Of a stretch of 64,000 nucleotides of DNA, positions 35,431 through 44,679 are shown in pieces; position 1 is the stretch's first letter; each line of letters opens with the position of its first letter. Made by a program: the position numbers and the translations under genes. The stretch lies in NCBI GenBank assembly GCA_963668025.2, contig CAXXTH010000010.1:608001-672000 (forward strand). Reading direction: 5' to 3'. The notes below the pieces were generated by a model. That model saw nothing but the letters and a program-made list of their open reading frames with translations, did not search any database and was not told the DNA's origin. Source of the DNA: Candidatus Hydrogenedentota bacterium (GTDB taxonomy: Bacteria; Hydrogenedentota; Hydrogenedentia; Hydrogenedentales; SLHB01).

Positions 35431-36708
35431 ATGGGAAAGGTCAACTTAACGGCAAAGGCAATTCGAGACGCCCTGCCTACTGAGCGGGAATATACGCTCA
35501 CCGATCTCGTTGTCCGAAACCTGGCTTTGCGTATCCTGCCTTCCGGCCAAAAAATCTACACGCTTTTATATATGGATCATGCAGGCCGCCGTAAACGCCT
35601 TACGCTTGGCAACGCAGATGTTCTGTCCGTTGCGCAGGTCCGAATACTCGCCAGGCAACGCCAGGCAGATATCGCGAAGGGCATTGACCCTTCCGAGGAA
35701 AAGAAAAAAGCCAAGCGCAATCTGACATTGCGGCAGTTCATGGACGAACACTACACGCCGTGGTTACTCAGTAATCTTAGAAGCGGTAAAGAGGTTGATA
35801 AATCTTTGCGGCGTGCGTTCAAGAGCCTTATGAATATGAAGTTGAGCGCCATATCCGCATTTCATGTTGAAAAAGTACGCGCCGAACTCACGAAAGCAGG
35901 CAAGCGCGTGGCCTCAAATCGATATAGTGCGCTATTTAAAGCTCTCGTAGCCCGCGCCCATAAATGGGAATTCCTCGAAACGAATATCATTGCCGGTAAA
36001 GTATCTCGCCACAAAGAAGACCGGGGGCGTGTTCAATATCTAGATGCGGCAGAAGAGGCCCGCCTGCTCGAAGCGCTCGACCGCAGGCAGAATAAGCAGA
36101 GGGAAGAACGCGCCCGTATGATTGCGTGGGCACAACAACGGCATCTCCCGACGTTGCCCGATCTGAATGGGCTCATCTATACCGATTATTTGAAACCGCT
36201 CATACTTGCAGTGTTGTACTCCGGTATGCGCCGGGGCGAAGCGTTCAGCCTGCTATGGTCTGATATCAATTGGGAACAGAATACCATCACCATCCGCGCG
36301 GAGTCCGCGAAGTCGGAGAAAATGCGGCATATCCCTATGTGCGCCGCGCTACGGCAGGTGTTGGAGCAATGGCAAGCCCAAAGTATGGGGCAAGGTCTTG
36401 TGTTTCCAAGCCTCAAGACTGGCGGACGCCTCGACAATATTCAAACATCATGGGAGCGTCTCATAAAGGATGCGAAGATTGAAGGCTTTCGATTCCATGA
36501 TCTGCGGCATTCGTTCGCATCAAGGCTGGCCATGGCGGGCGTGGACTTAAACACCATTCGTGAATTGCTGGGGCATTCGGATCTGAAAATGACTCTGCGA
36601 TATGCGCACCTATCACCGGCCCGGACGCAAGCGGCGGTGAATGTGCTCGACCGAATTGACAACGCGATCTCGTTCCCTGGCGTGAAGCAGGAAGGTAGCA
36701 CCTCATGA
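35431..36708 (+). CDS. int: Tyrosine integrase with N-terminal arm-binding domain
   Basis: SGMRRGE, K, FHDLRH, LLGH..MT.RY catalytic motifs; AAGGA RBS. Confidence 0.96.
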   Translation: MGKVNLTAKAIRDALPTEREYTLTDLVVRNLALRILPSGQKIYTLLYMDHAGRRKRLTLGNADVLSVAQVRILARQRQADIAKGIDPSEEKKKAKRNLTLRQFMDEHYTPWLLSNLRSGKEVDKSLRRAFKSLMNMKLSAISAFHVEKVRAELTKAGKRVASNRYSALFKALVARAHKWEFLETNIIAGKVSRHKEDRGRVQYLDAAEEARLLEALDRRQNKQREERARMIAWAQQRHLPTLPDLNGLIYTDYLKPLILAVLYSGMRRGEAFSLLWSDINWEQNTITIRAESAKSEKMRHIPMCAALRQVLEQWQAQSMGQGLVFPSLKTGGRLDNIQTSWERLIKDAKIEGFRFHDLRHSFASRLAMAGVDLNTIRELLGHSDLKMTLRYAHLSPARTQAAVNVLDRIDNAISFPGVKQEGSTS

Positions 36709-36855
36709 AGCGAGCGAACCGCCACGCCACGAACACGGTTTCGGACGGGTGCTTACACCACTCGCGCGAAGATCGTTGCTCTACGGCCATCCTACGAAGC
36801 CGTTTCGAGGAAGACGGGGTGCTATGTAATACCCGAATAAAGGAAGGAGTCCATC

Positions 36856-37245
36856 ATGTACAGTAATCGCCATAATCGAAAGGCGGAAAGAGAAGCCGCT
36901 TACGAAGCTATTCCTATGGAATCGACACCCCCCGCCCAATCCCTGTCCGCCGCCAAGCGCCTCCCTCGATACCTAAAAATTGGGCAGGTAGTAGCAGAAT
37001 ACGGCTTGTCTCCGCAGACATGGCGGAGGCTGGCGTTGGCGGGAAACATCACGGCGGTAGAACTCAAAAGCAACGAACGTGGTATATGCGGGAAAACCCA
37101 CTTTGCGTATGATCGCAGTAGCATTGAGGCGTATCTACAAGAAAATATTGTGCGTCCGCCAATACGAATCGATGATCGGCAAGCCGACAGAGAATGGCGT
37201 AAACGCTACGCGGCGGAAAACTACAGGAATGGAGGTAAAGGGTGA
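36856..37245 (+). CDS. HTH DNA-binding protein (excisionase-like)
   Basis: YLKIGQVVAEYGLSPQTWRRLALAGNI...DRSSIEAYL; AAGGAG RBS. Confidence 0.7.
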   Translation: MYSNRHNRKAEREAAYEAIPMESTPPAQSLSAAKRLPRYLKIGQVVAEYGLSPQTWRRLALAGNITAVELKSNERGICGKTHFAYDRSSIEAYLQENIVRPPIRIDDRQADREWRKRYAAENYRNGGKG

Positions 37246-37428
37246 TGGAATTCCAAATCGTAAGGGCGCAACGGAGCCTTTAGGTGAATGCTAAGGCATG
37301 ACCCGGCCATCGTGGCCGGTGAAAGCATAAAGGCCCCTGAGTGGTCGCAACACCCAGAGGCCACGGACGGGTAGGATTGCGGCTCCTACCCGCCCAGAGT
37401 ATAACAGCCGCGTGAAGGAACACGCACC

Positions 37429-37860
37429 ATGAACGCAGAGGCAGAAACCAAGCAGCCCGTAGGGGACCAACGGCCAATCACGGTTCATATCCCATCGCAT
37501 CTTCAAGGACGCCCCATCCATGTTTTCGCAATGGACGAAGGTGAACCAGACACATGGGACGTTATGCCAGACAAGCGCCGCTATGAACAGCAGTGCACGG
37601 CATGCGGAGCGGGCATGTTATTCAATCCCGTCCCGTACGGATTTTGTCCATTTTGCGGCGAGCCGCTAGACATTACTCTCGCAAAAGAGACCACGTGCGA
37701 TGATAATCTGCTTGAGGCCCGGCAGGAAGGTATGCGTGGATGCCTTATGTATATGGGCAACATCATGACGATGTTGAACCAAAGTTTTTATGACAACAAA
37801 CCGGATAGCGATGTAATTGCCGCTCTGCGCGAAGATTTACACAGGGAGTGGGATGTCTAA
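37429..37860 (+). CDS. Hypothetical zinc-ribbon protein
   Basis: CTAC...FCPFCG; AAGGA RBS. Confidence 0.6.
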   Translation: MNAEAETKQPVGDQRPITVHIPSHLQGRPIHVFAMDEGEPDTWDVMPDKRRYEQQCTACGAGMLFNPVPYGFCPFCGEPLDITLAKETTCDDNLLEARQEGMRGCLMYMGNIMTMLNQSFYDNKPDSDVIAALREDLHREWDV

Positions 37861-37968
37861 TTTTTTGGGCAGCGGGCTTGATCACCCGCGCGCGCGTGCG
37901 GGCACTGGCGCTACTCCTTTCGGCCCGGTGTCCGTATGCGGCCCACCTCGAATGGAGGATACCTTCTA

Positions 37969-38178
37969 ATGCCGAATTCATTGGCTTTGGCCGTCCTTGG
38001 TGTCATTTATGCTCACCCTGAGACTTTCGATTACTTCGTGAAGACTGGAAATCTTGTCGTCGAGAAACGAAATCCTGATATGCAGATCGATGTCTTCACA
38101 CTCAACGAAATCCGCCATGTTGCGAAGTGTGTCCGAGAGTACCGCAACAGGACTGCGCAGCCCGGCGTGACCCTCTGA
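37969..38178 (+). CDS. Hypothetical protein
   Basis: GGAGG RBS, co-oriented with neighbours. Confidence 0.45.
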   Translation: MPNSLALAVLGVIYAHPETFDYFVKTGNLVVEKRNPDMQIDVFTLNEIRHVAKCVREYRNRTAQPGVTL

Positions 38179-38192
38179 AAGGAGGTAATGAA

Positions 38193-38399
38193 ATGCGCAA
38201 AGCAAAATCAGCGCCATCTGAAAAGCCTAATAATTACTACGGGCTTAGGGGGCTAAAACTCACCCCACAAAAACGCATACTGGCTAAAATGGCCGTGCAT
38301 GCCGACGAGCTTATGGGTGCATGCACGGACATAAATACGGACACGAAAATTGTACGGCGACACATGAGGGCGCTGAATCGTCTACTGGCCCAAATCTGA
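38193..38399 (+). CDS. Small basic hypothetical protein
   Basis: AGGAGGT RBS before MRKAKSAP. Confidence 0.55.
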   Translation: MRKAKSAPSEKPNNYYGLRGLKLTPQKRILAKMAVHADELMGACTDINTDTKIVRRHMRALNRLLAQI

Positions 38400-38458
38400 C
38401 GGGCTGGCGTGTGCTGGCCCGCTTTTCGTGGCTCTGAATGGTGTAAGGAGCGTATGAC

Positions 38459-38818
38459 ATGAACCAAGAAACCGCCGAACGCGTGAAGTATGGGTATCTA
38501 GTAGTTGCCGCTTTGCTTTTTGCGCTATGGACTATAACTGGTTGTGGAGAAAAACAGTCATTACCGAGTAATGATCCATGGGCAACGCCAGGACCAAAAA
38601 TTATTACTCAACAGGAATATAATCAAATTACGCCAGGCATGGCGAAAAATGAGGTGATCCGTATAATTGGAAGCCCAGGGAAAGTACAGATGAATATCAA
38701 TGATAGTGACGGTGAAATGCTTGTCTTGATCTGGGATAATCCAGATTTAGGCTATGCTTGTGTAAGGTTTCAAAATGGAATAGCGCAAGATAAGAACTGC
38801 ATGGGCTTGGAGTGGTAG
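38459..38818 (+). CDS. Lipoprotein, BLIP/DUF3862-like
   Basis: Lipobox-like ITGC; ITQQEYNQITPGMAKNEVIRIIGSPG...V.FQNG motif. Confidence 0.7.
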   Translation: MNQETAERVKYGYLVVAALLFALWTITGCGEKQSLPSNDPWATPGPKIITQQEYNQITPGMAKNEVIRIIGSPGKVQMNINDSDGEMLVLIWDNPDLGYACVRFQNGIAQDKNCMGLEW

Positions 38819-39250
38819 GCGTGTGCGGTATCGCATATCCGCAACCAGCTAGGCCGCCGTAACCTGGACGTACCACAACGAGCGGCGCTGGCAGTGCGGC
38901 TGGAAAAGGTGCTCATGAAAGAGGCGCACGTACGTCAAGTATCCGCCTTAAAACAAAACAAAGAAAATCAAGAAAATACCGTTCCCGTCCATGGACGGGA
39001 ACGGAAGGATGTCCGCGAAAACGAAGCATCCGAGCAAGCAGCCAAAGCGTTTGACGTGAGCGGAGCAACAGTACAGCGGGCGAAGAGAGTAGAGAAAAAC
39101 GCCCCGGAGGTATTTCAGGAAATGGCAGACGGAAAAATATCCGTGCGGGCGGCGGAGGGACTGAGCAAGCTCCCGAAAGGCCAGCGCAAGGAGGCGCTGA
39201 AACTAACTACGCCACTTCCTGGACTTTCCGCCACGAACGCACTATACTGA
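38819..39250 (+). pseudogene. 5'-truncated ParB-like phage protein fragment
   Basis: HIRNQLGRRNL..QRAALA lies upstream of any start codon; AAKAFDVSGATVQRAK...GKISV.AA HTH. Confidence 0.6.
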
Positions 39251-39370
39251 TACGCAGACTTTAGGGTAGCCGAAAGCCGATTGCAACGGCCCGGCTCACG
39301 GGAACCGCCACCCCGGCAGCACTCCGCTAAGGGTGGCGGTTCCCGGCCCGCAACAATAGGAGTGCGAGTG

Positions 39371-40012
39371 ATGGAAGCCTACCAAATAAGCGAAGCACGC
39401 ATAGCCATTATCCACGAACGCGAGACAGCCATCTTTGAAAGCCTTGACGAAACGCCACGTAGTGCGAATATCGATATTGAAGAGTTGGCGGCATGGCTTG
39501 CGAAAGACGCACTCAACCAGATATCTCGATATGGACGTGGCTTCAATTTTAATGTAGATTTATGGGACGAAATTGAACGCGGGACATTCCAGCCCCTTCA
39601 CTACAAAGATGGCATACCAGTGCTTTGCCGCGCCGATGTACGGCGATTCTGCCGCGCCCATGGGATAAGTATTCCGCCCGTGTTTGTCGAAGATCCTATG
39701 CCACGGGACGAGATTATAAAGGAACTGATCAGGAAGGGATTCAAGCCGGACACAGCAAAACACAGCCATGATAGAGCCCGCGCAAGTGGTATTCTTACGG
39801 ACGATACTCCCGCATCCGAAGTAATGAGGTGGATAGACAGAAAGAACCCTCGAAAATACCAACATACCAAGAAACGCAAATGCGCCAGTTGCGAAGAGCT
39901 GAAACCAATCAGCGAATACAACGGCGACGGCCATACATGTAAGTCCTGCCTAAAATTGCGACCCCGCCCCGCCCAAACGCTGGCCGAAGCCTCCGCACGG
40001 GAGCGTCGTTAA
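39371..40012 (+). CDS. Hypothetical protein with C-terminal CxxC-CxxC
   Basis: AGGAG RBS; CASCEELKPISEY...CKSC. Confidence 0.6.
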   Translation: MEAYQISEARIAIIHERETAIFESLDETPRSANIDIEELAAWLAKDALNQISRYGRGFNFNVDLWDEIERGTFQPLHYKDGIPVLCRADVRRFCRAHGISIPPVFVEDPMPRDEIIKELIRKGFKPDTAKHSHDRARASGILTDDTPASEVMRWIDRKNPRKYQHTKKRKCASCEELKPISEYNGDGHTCKSCLKLRPRPAQTLAEASARERR

Positions 40013-40214
40013 TACCCGCCATTTCCCGAATCTGCACCTTGCATATCACTGAATAGCGCAGGGACAAAAAGGGGACATTTAAGTTTTTTATCCTAACAAA
40101 CCCTAATAAATATCGCAAAACACACCGTTTTTATTGGACATTCGCGTACCCCTTCAATATCCGTGGTAACATAATTACAGAAGTTGAAACACGGAATAAC
40201 ACAGGAGCAACGCG

Positions 40215-40466
40215 ATGACAAAAAAAATTCACGGACTTAGCCCAGAAGTGCGGCGCGAGGTTTGTATGCTCTCATTGCAAGACCTCGCGAAGGTTCTGCA
40301 TAGAAGCTATGGATATCTCCGCCGTCGTGTAATGGAAGGCCCACTCCCCGGGCGAATGCCCCTACCGCAATACACAAAAATCGGCAACCGCATTCTATTC
40401 AGACTTGAAGACGTTCAGGAATATATCAACGAACACATAGTGCATCAGCACGTGGTGGGCGAATAA
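40215..40466 (+). CDS. AlpA/excisionase-like HTH protein
   Basis: LSLQDLAKVLHRS...KIGNRILFRLEDVQEYI; AGGAG RBS. Confidence 0.75.
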   Translation: MTKKIHGLSPEVRREVCMLSLQDLAKVLHRSYGYLRRRVMEGPLPGRMPLPQYTKIGNRILFRLEDVQEYINEHIVHQHVVGE

Positions 40467-40469
40467 TAC

Positions 40470-40850
40470 ATGACTGAGCCCATCGACATTAACCGTGCCC
40501 GCCGACGGAAACGCCCTGGCCCAGCGGATTCAATGGAATTCCGCCGTTCCGAGTTATGTACGGAGTACAGCGGTTCGCGCGTGTTTGCAAATAAGTGCGG
40601 CTCGTTTGTGCGGTTCGTGAAAGGCCTCGGGTGGCTCCGTTGGACTGGAACGCATTGGGAAGAAGATCCCGAACGCGTGCGGTGTATGTGCATCGAGGTT
40701 GTTGGTCAATATTTCCGCGATACAGCCGGACAGTACGCGCGTGATGGCGATGACGCAGATTTAATCAAGCATATATTGGCATTTGCCAGAAAGTGCGAAA
40801 GCGCCAGTACTGTTGATGCAATATTGCGCATCTGTGAGGGGTATCTTTAA
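40470..40850 (+). CDS. N-terminal part of D5_N domain of P4-family primase/helicase
   Basis: VRFVKGLGWLRWTGTHWEED motif; TAATG overlap with next ORF. Confidence 0.7.
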   Translation: MTEPIDINRARRRKRPGPADSMEFRRSELCTEYSGSRVFANKCGSFVRFVKGLGWLRWTGTHWEEDPERVRCMCIEVVGQYFRDTAGQYARDGDDADLIKHILAFARKCESASTVDAILRICEGYL

Positions 40851-41893
40851 TGAAGATTGACGAATTTGATAGCCACCCATTTCTTGTAAATTTTAAAAAT
40901 TGCACGCTCGACTTCGAGCAGATGCAGGGTGAACTTCCAAAAGTAAAGCAGCACTGCCAGTCGGACTATCTGACTAAGTGCTTACCTTACGATTACAATG
41001 AAGGCGCACCGGCGCACCTTTGGGAGAGCGTCATCGAGCACGCCATACCAAACCCAGCCACACGTCGATTTCTTCAAAAAAGTCTCGGTTACTCCGTGCT
41101 CGGCACCTGCCGCGAGCAGTGCGCGTTCATAGCTTATGGGCCACCCGCGACTTGCAAGAGCACCGTTTTCGGAACCGTACTTCGTCTTCTGGGCCCATAC
41201 GGATCTAGATGCGCCACCCAGGCGCTATTAGAAAAGCCCGTGAATGGCGGAGCGTCACCCGACATTGCAGATCAGCGAGGCGTCCGGTTTCTCCTTGCAA
41301 GTGAAACGCCGGAAAATGGGCGATTAAATGAATCTCTGTTTAAAGAGCTCACTGGCCAGGACCGTATACGAGCGCGTCCGCTGTATAAACAAAGTATTGA
41401 ATTCGAGGCCACCGGGAAGTTGTGGATTTTGACCAACCATAAACCCGTAATCCGCGACACCACCGGAGCAGTATGGAGACGTATACGGCTTATCCCATTC
41501 GATGTTGTTATCCCAAAAAAAGAACGGGATAAAACCTTACCGGACCGGCTCTCGCGAGAATCAGAAGGTATTCTCCGTTGGCTCGTTGAAGGGGCGTGTA
41601 TGTATATGAAAGAAGGACTTGAACCTCCTGAGCAAGTCGAAGTTGAAACGGACAAATACCGCGAACAGCAAGACACGATTGGGCGCTTTATATCCGAATG
41701 CACGATCCAAGAGCAATACAAGCAGGTGTCGAAAACAGCGCTTTACGAGGAATACGAGAGATGGTCGCGTGACAGTGGGGAATATGCCGTGAACAAAAAA
41801 AAGTTCGGCGAGTACCTGTTTGAGCATGGGTTTGATGATTACAAGGGCACTGCCGGAAAGCGCTTCTGGCTAAACATAGGATTGATGGCATGA
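40850..41893 (+). CDS. P4-family/D5-like SF3 helicase (phage/plasmid primase C-terminal region)
   Basis: FD..P.LVNF.N, YGPPATCKST Walker A, ASE, KELTGQD.I.ARPLY, TNHKP, WRRI.LIPF. Confidence 0.9.
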   Translation: MKIDEFDSHPFLVNFKNCTLDFEQMQGELPKVKQHCQSDYLTKCLPYDYNEGAPAHLWESVIEHAIPNPATRRFLQKSLGYSVLGTCREQCAFIAYGPPATCKSTVFGTVLRLLGPYGSRCATQALLEKPVNGGASPDIADQRGVRFLLASETPENGRLNESLFKELTGQDRIRARPLYKQSIEFEATGKLWILTNHKPVIRDTTGAVWRRIRLIPFDVVIPKKERDKTLPDRLSRESEGILRWLVEGACMYMKEGLEPPEQVEVETDKYREQQDTIGRFISECTIQEQYKQVSKTALYEEYERWSRDSGEYAVNKKKFGEYLFEHGFDDYKGTAGKRFWLNIGLMA

Positions 41894-41991
41894 GTGGCGG
41901 GAGAGGCGCGTGTTTACATAACTTTCTATATAAATTCCCTTCGCGTAAGGAACTTTATAAAACACGTGCCACTTATGCCACCTTCGCCACT
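41884..41991. other. Putative replication origin (convergent iterons around an AT-rich core)
   Basis: Three 9-bp-phased (T/A)GGC units, AT-rich spacer, three 9-bp-phased GCCAC units. Confidence 0.6.
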
Positions 41992-42017
41992 CACAACCAA
42001 AAAAAAGGAAACTTACC

Positions 42018-42572
42018 ATGTGCAACGATTACCCAGTTCTATACGGTACCCCATACCGCGACCTAAACAACCATTCCATGATTGAGGTCTGGTGTCCCAC
42101 CTGCCGCGATATGCACCATCACGGATGGCCCGCCGATGCCAAACCCGGCCACCGGGAGCATCGGGCACCGCATTGCCTATCACGTCCCCGTGGTCTTGGC
42201 CAGCCATTCGAGAGCCCGAATCTAGACGGGTATTACATCATGGACGCCCAGGATGCCCCACAGGTTCCCATGGATGCACCGCCGCCCGTGGTGGAAGGGA
42301 GATTATTCAAGCAATGTGGCGAGCTCCGTGTGATGGTGACCGGCTGCCCATTTTGTGGCGGTTCGCATGTACACGGATGGAATCGGCCACAGACGGTATC
42401 GCAGCGGACCTCACATTGCAAATTGCCGAACCGGATTAAAGGCATGATCCACCGGTGGGGCGAATACGAAATCCATCTCAAGAGATCCACCACAGATCCA
42501 CAGCCCCATACGGAGCCAGCACCCAAATCTCTAACCCATTCATCCGCAACGATTTCCGAAGCGGATTTTTAA
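42018..42572 (+). CDS. Hypothetical protein with duplicated CPxC-HxHGW-HC motif
   Basis: CPTCRDMHHHGW..PHC and CPFCGGSHVHGW..SHC. Confidence 0.65.
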   Translation: MCNDYPVLYGTPYRDLNNHSMIEVWCPTCRDMHHHGWPADAKPGHREHRAPHCLSRPRGLGQPFESPNLDGYYIMDAQDAPQVPMDAPPPVVEGRLFKQCGELRVMVTGCPFCGGSHVHGWNRPQTVSQRTSHCKLPNRIKGMIHRWGEYEIHLKRSTTDPQPHTEPAPKSLTHSSATISEADF

Positions 42573-42614
42573 CGTAACCCATTGGTTAGGAACCAAATTT
42601 AAGGAGAAAAACGC

Positions 42615-42902
42615 ATGCATCCACGAATTATCCACAGGAGAACCAAAGACGCCCTTGACGCCCTTAACGCCGCGCTCGGGCAGATCTGTGCCGCGCTCGG
42701 CATTGAGCCCGCGCCGGTTGAGACGGCCAAACCGATGACATTGGCTATGCAGCCCGAATTACGGGAAATGTTCTTCACCGAGGCTGCCGCTATCACCGCC
42801 CAGGCGGCTGCATTGACTCTGGCGCGCCCCGTGGTGGCCAAGGCCGATGAACCAACACCAATGAAAGGAAAAGCCGTCAATGGCCAAAAAACCACATCCT
42901 GA
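42615..42902 (+). CDS. Hypothetical Ala-rich protein
   Basis: TAAGGAG RBS; operon context. Confidence 0.6.
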   Translation: MHPRIIHRRTKDALDALNAALGQICAALGIEPAPVETAKPMTLAMQPELREMFFTEAAAITAQAAALTLARPVVAKADEPTPMKGKAVNGQKTTS

Positions 42903-43185
42903 TATCACCTCGCTTCGGATGTATATGCGGGCGCATCGAGGGCTTCACGAAGCCGCTGAAATCGTCCTAGACGAGGTGGAGGCCATCGCGCCCCAGGAGA
43001 TCGCCCGTAGCGCGGCGCGCATTCGCCGGGCGCTTACCAGGCTGGCAACCGCCACATTCAGTGAGGCCGTCCGCGGTGCCCAGCGGTGCCCAGCGGGCAA
43101 TCGTGAGGCAAAAGCAGTCTTGGCGGTTGACGGCTTCAAATGGATTGAGCACCGCCGTGGAAATAAATCCCGAGGTGGCGCATGA
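42880..43185 (+). CDS. Hypothetical protein
   Basis: Overlaps both neighbours; ATGA coupling to terS. Confidence 0.55.
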   Translation: MAKKPHPDITSLRMYMRAHRGLHEAAEIVLDEVEAIAPQEIARSAARIRRALTRLATATFSEAVRGAQRCPAGNREAKAVLAVDGFKWIEHRRGNKSRGGA

Positions 43186-43757
43186 GACGACTGACCGCCA
43201 AGCAAACTGCATTTGTGCAGCACTACTCCATCACCGGCAACGCCACCCAATCCGCCAAGATGGCAGGCTATTCCGGCTCCACCGGCACGCTCAGCGTAAC
43301 CGGCGCGGAGAACCTAAGAAAGCCTAGTATTCAAGAGGCGCTCAGGTCGTTAACCGCACCACTCACGGACAAATTGAATACCAACAGAGCGGCGCGCGTG
43401 GCGTATTTGAGCGCTGTAATGCGAGGCGAAGTGGCCGAAGACGATGGCGCTATTCCCGCCGTTGCCGTCCGCGTGAGGGCTTGCGAAATTCTGGCCCGCA
43501 TCGAGGGTGACATGGTCACTCGCATCGAGGCGACGGTCCAGCGTGCGCCCGATCCGCAGTTCGACCTATCGAAGCTCACACGCGATCAAGTGGTGCTTGT
43601 GGAGTGCCTGCAAACCCGGGCATTGGTGAATCCTGATGAGCATAGTCGCTATCAGATGGCAATGCTACAAGAGGAATTCGACAGATGGCCGGATGAACGG
43701 AAGTTGGCTATTTTTGTGAAGAAACCCGAAATCGGCGAAACTACGAAGGAGAATTGA
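43182..43757 (+). CDS. terS: Terminase small subunit
   Basis: LTAKQTAFVQHY...NATQSAKMAGYS...GAENLRKPSIQ (Terminase_2-type motif). Confidence 0.9.
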   Translation: MRRLTAKQTAFVQHYSITGNATQSAKMAGYSGSTGTLSVTGAENLRKPSIQEALRSLTAPLTDKLNTNRAARVAYLSAVMRGEVAEDDGAIPAVAVRVRACEILARIEGDMVTRIEATVQRAPDPQFDLSKLTRDQVVLVECLQTRALVNPDEHSRYQMAMLQEEFDRWPDERKLAIFVKKPEIGETTKEN

Positions 43758-44296
43758 TGATGGCTTATGATGAAAATGGAACACGAATTGATCTACCACC
43801 GGTACAGATGCCGCGTTTCGTGAATGATACCGCCCGGCTTGTGGATGAACAGGCCGAAAAAGCGGGTGTGGCGCTTCACCCTATTCAAAGAATGCGCATC
43901 GTTGAAGATGTTCACGCCTATTGCCAGCAGAAAATCGATCATGGGCGCGCGCCTAGCCCGCAAGAATTCCACGACGCCATTCGTCGCGAAATTTGGCAAC
44001 TGACCCCGGTTGGCCGCAACGTGACGGAAGGCATAAAGCAGCGGCAAGCCGCCGCCGCCCAGGTCGCGGCCAAGCAAGCCGCCGATGCCGCCGCGAAGGC
44101 TGCCGCCGGGATTGAAAACGAAAAACAGGCGTTCCTTGCCAGTGCCCGGCGGGTATGGCCCGGTACTGATACGGATTTTGCCCAGAAAGCTGATGCACTT
44201 TGGGCTGACGAATGCGAGCGCCGCTGTGTCGCGCAGATGACCGGCGCGCAGGCCTGCCCCGCTGGCATACGCCGTGCTTACAAGGGGGCAATCTGA
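43757..44296 (+). CDS. Hypothetical protein with Ala/Gln-rich helix
   Basis: AAGGAG RBS, TGATG coupling at both ends. Confidence 0.6.
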   Translation: MMAYDENGTRIDLPPVQMPRFVNDTARLVDEQAEKAGVALHPIQRMRIVEDVHAYCQQKIDHGRAPSPQEFHDAIRREIWQLTPVGRNVTEGIKQRQAAAAQVAAKQAADAAAKAAAGIENEKQAFLASARRVWPGTDTDFAQKADALWADECERRCVAQMTGAQACPAGIRRAYKGAI

Positions 44297-44676
44297 TGAA
44301 ACCTCTCGATTTTGATGATAAAATGTGGCGTGTTATACGTCAAGACGTATGTGGGATCCTTGATGCTGACGCGGCAACCTTGTTTGGGTGTCGGCGCAAA
44401 GACATTTGGAAAGTTGTAACTGAGTATCCTGACCTTTTTGGGCCAGACATGTGTATCCGCCTCTCTGATAAAGAGCGCATCGTAATGGCCAAACAGGTCG
44501 GAATACGTCCGAAAGACACCATGCTTTTTTTCGTTGGCCACGGTGCCATTTATTGCGCACCATATATCGAAACCAAACGCGCACAGACCATCTACCGCAC
44601 CCTTGTGGAGCACTTCACAATTACCGGTATCGCTGAACTAACCGCCCGGCTGGCCGAAGCAACGAAAGGGGTATAA
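44296..44676 (+). CDS. ORF6N-like DNA-binding protein
   Basis: ILDADAATLFG...V...PDLF..D....LS..E resembles the ORF6N consensus. Confidence 0.6.
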   Translation: MKPLDFDDKMWRVIRQDVCGILDADAATLFGCRRKDIWKVVTEYPDLFGPDMCIRLSDKERIVMAKQVGIRPKDTMLFFVGHGAIYCAPYIETKRAQTIYRTLVEHFTITGIAELTARLAEATKGV

Positions 44677-44679
44677 CGC

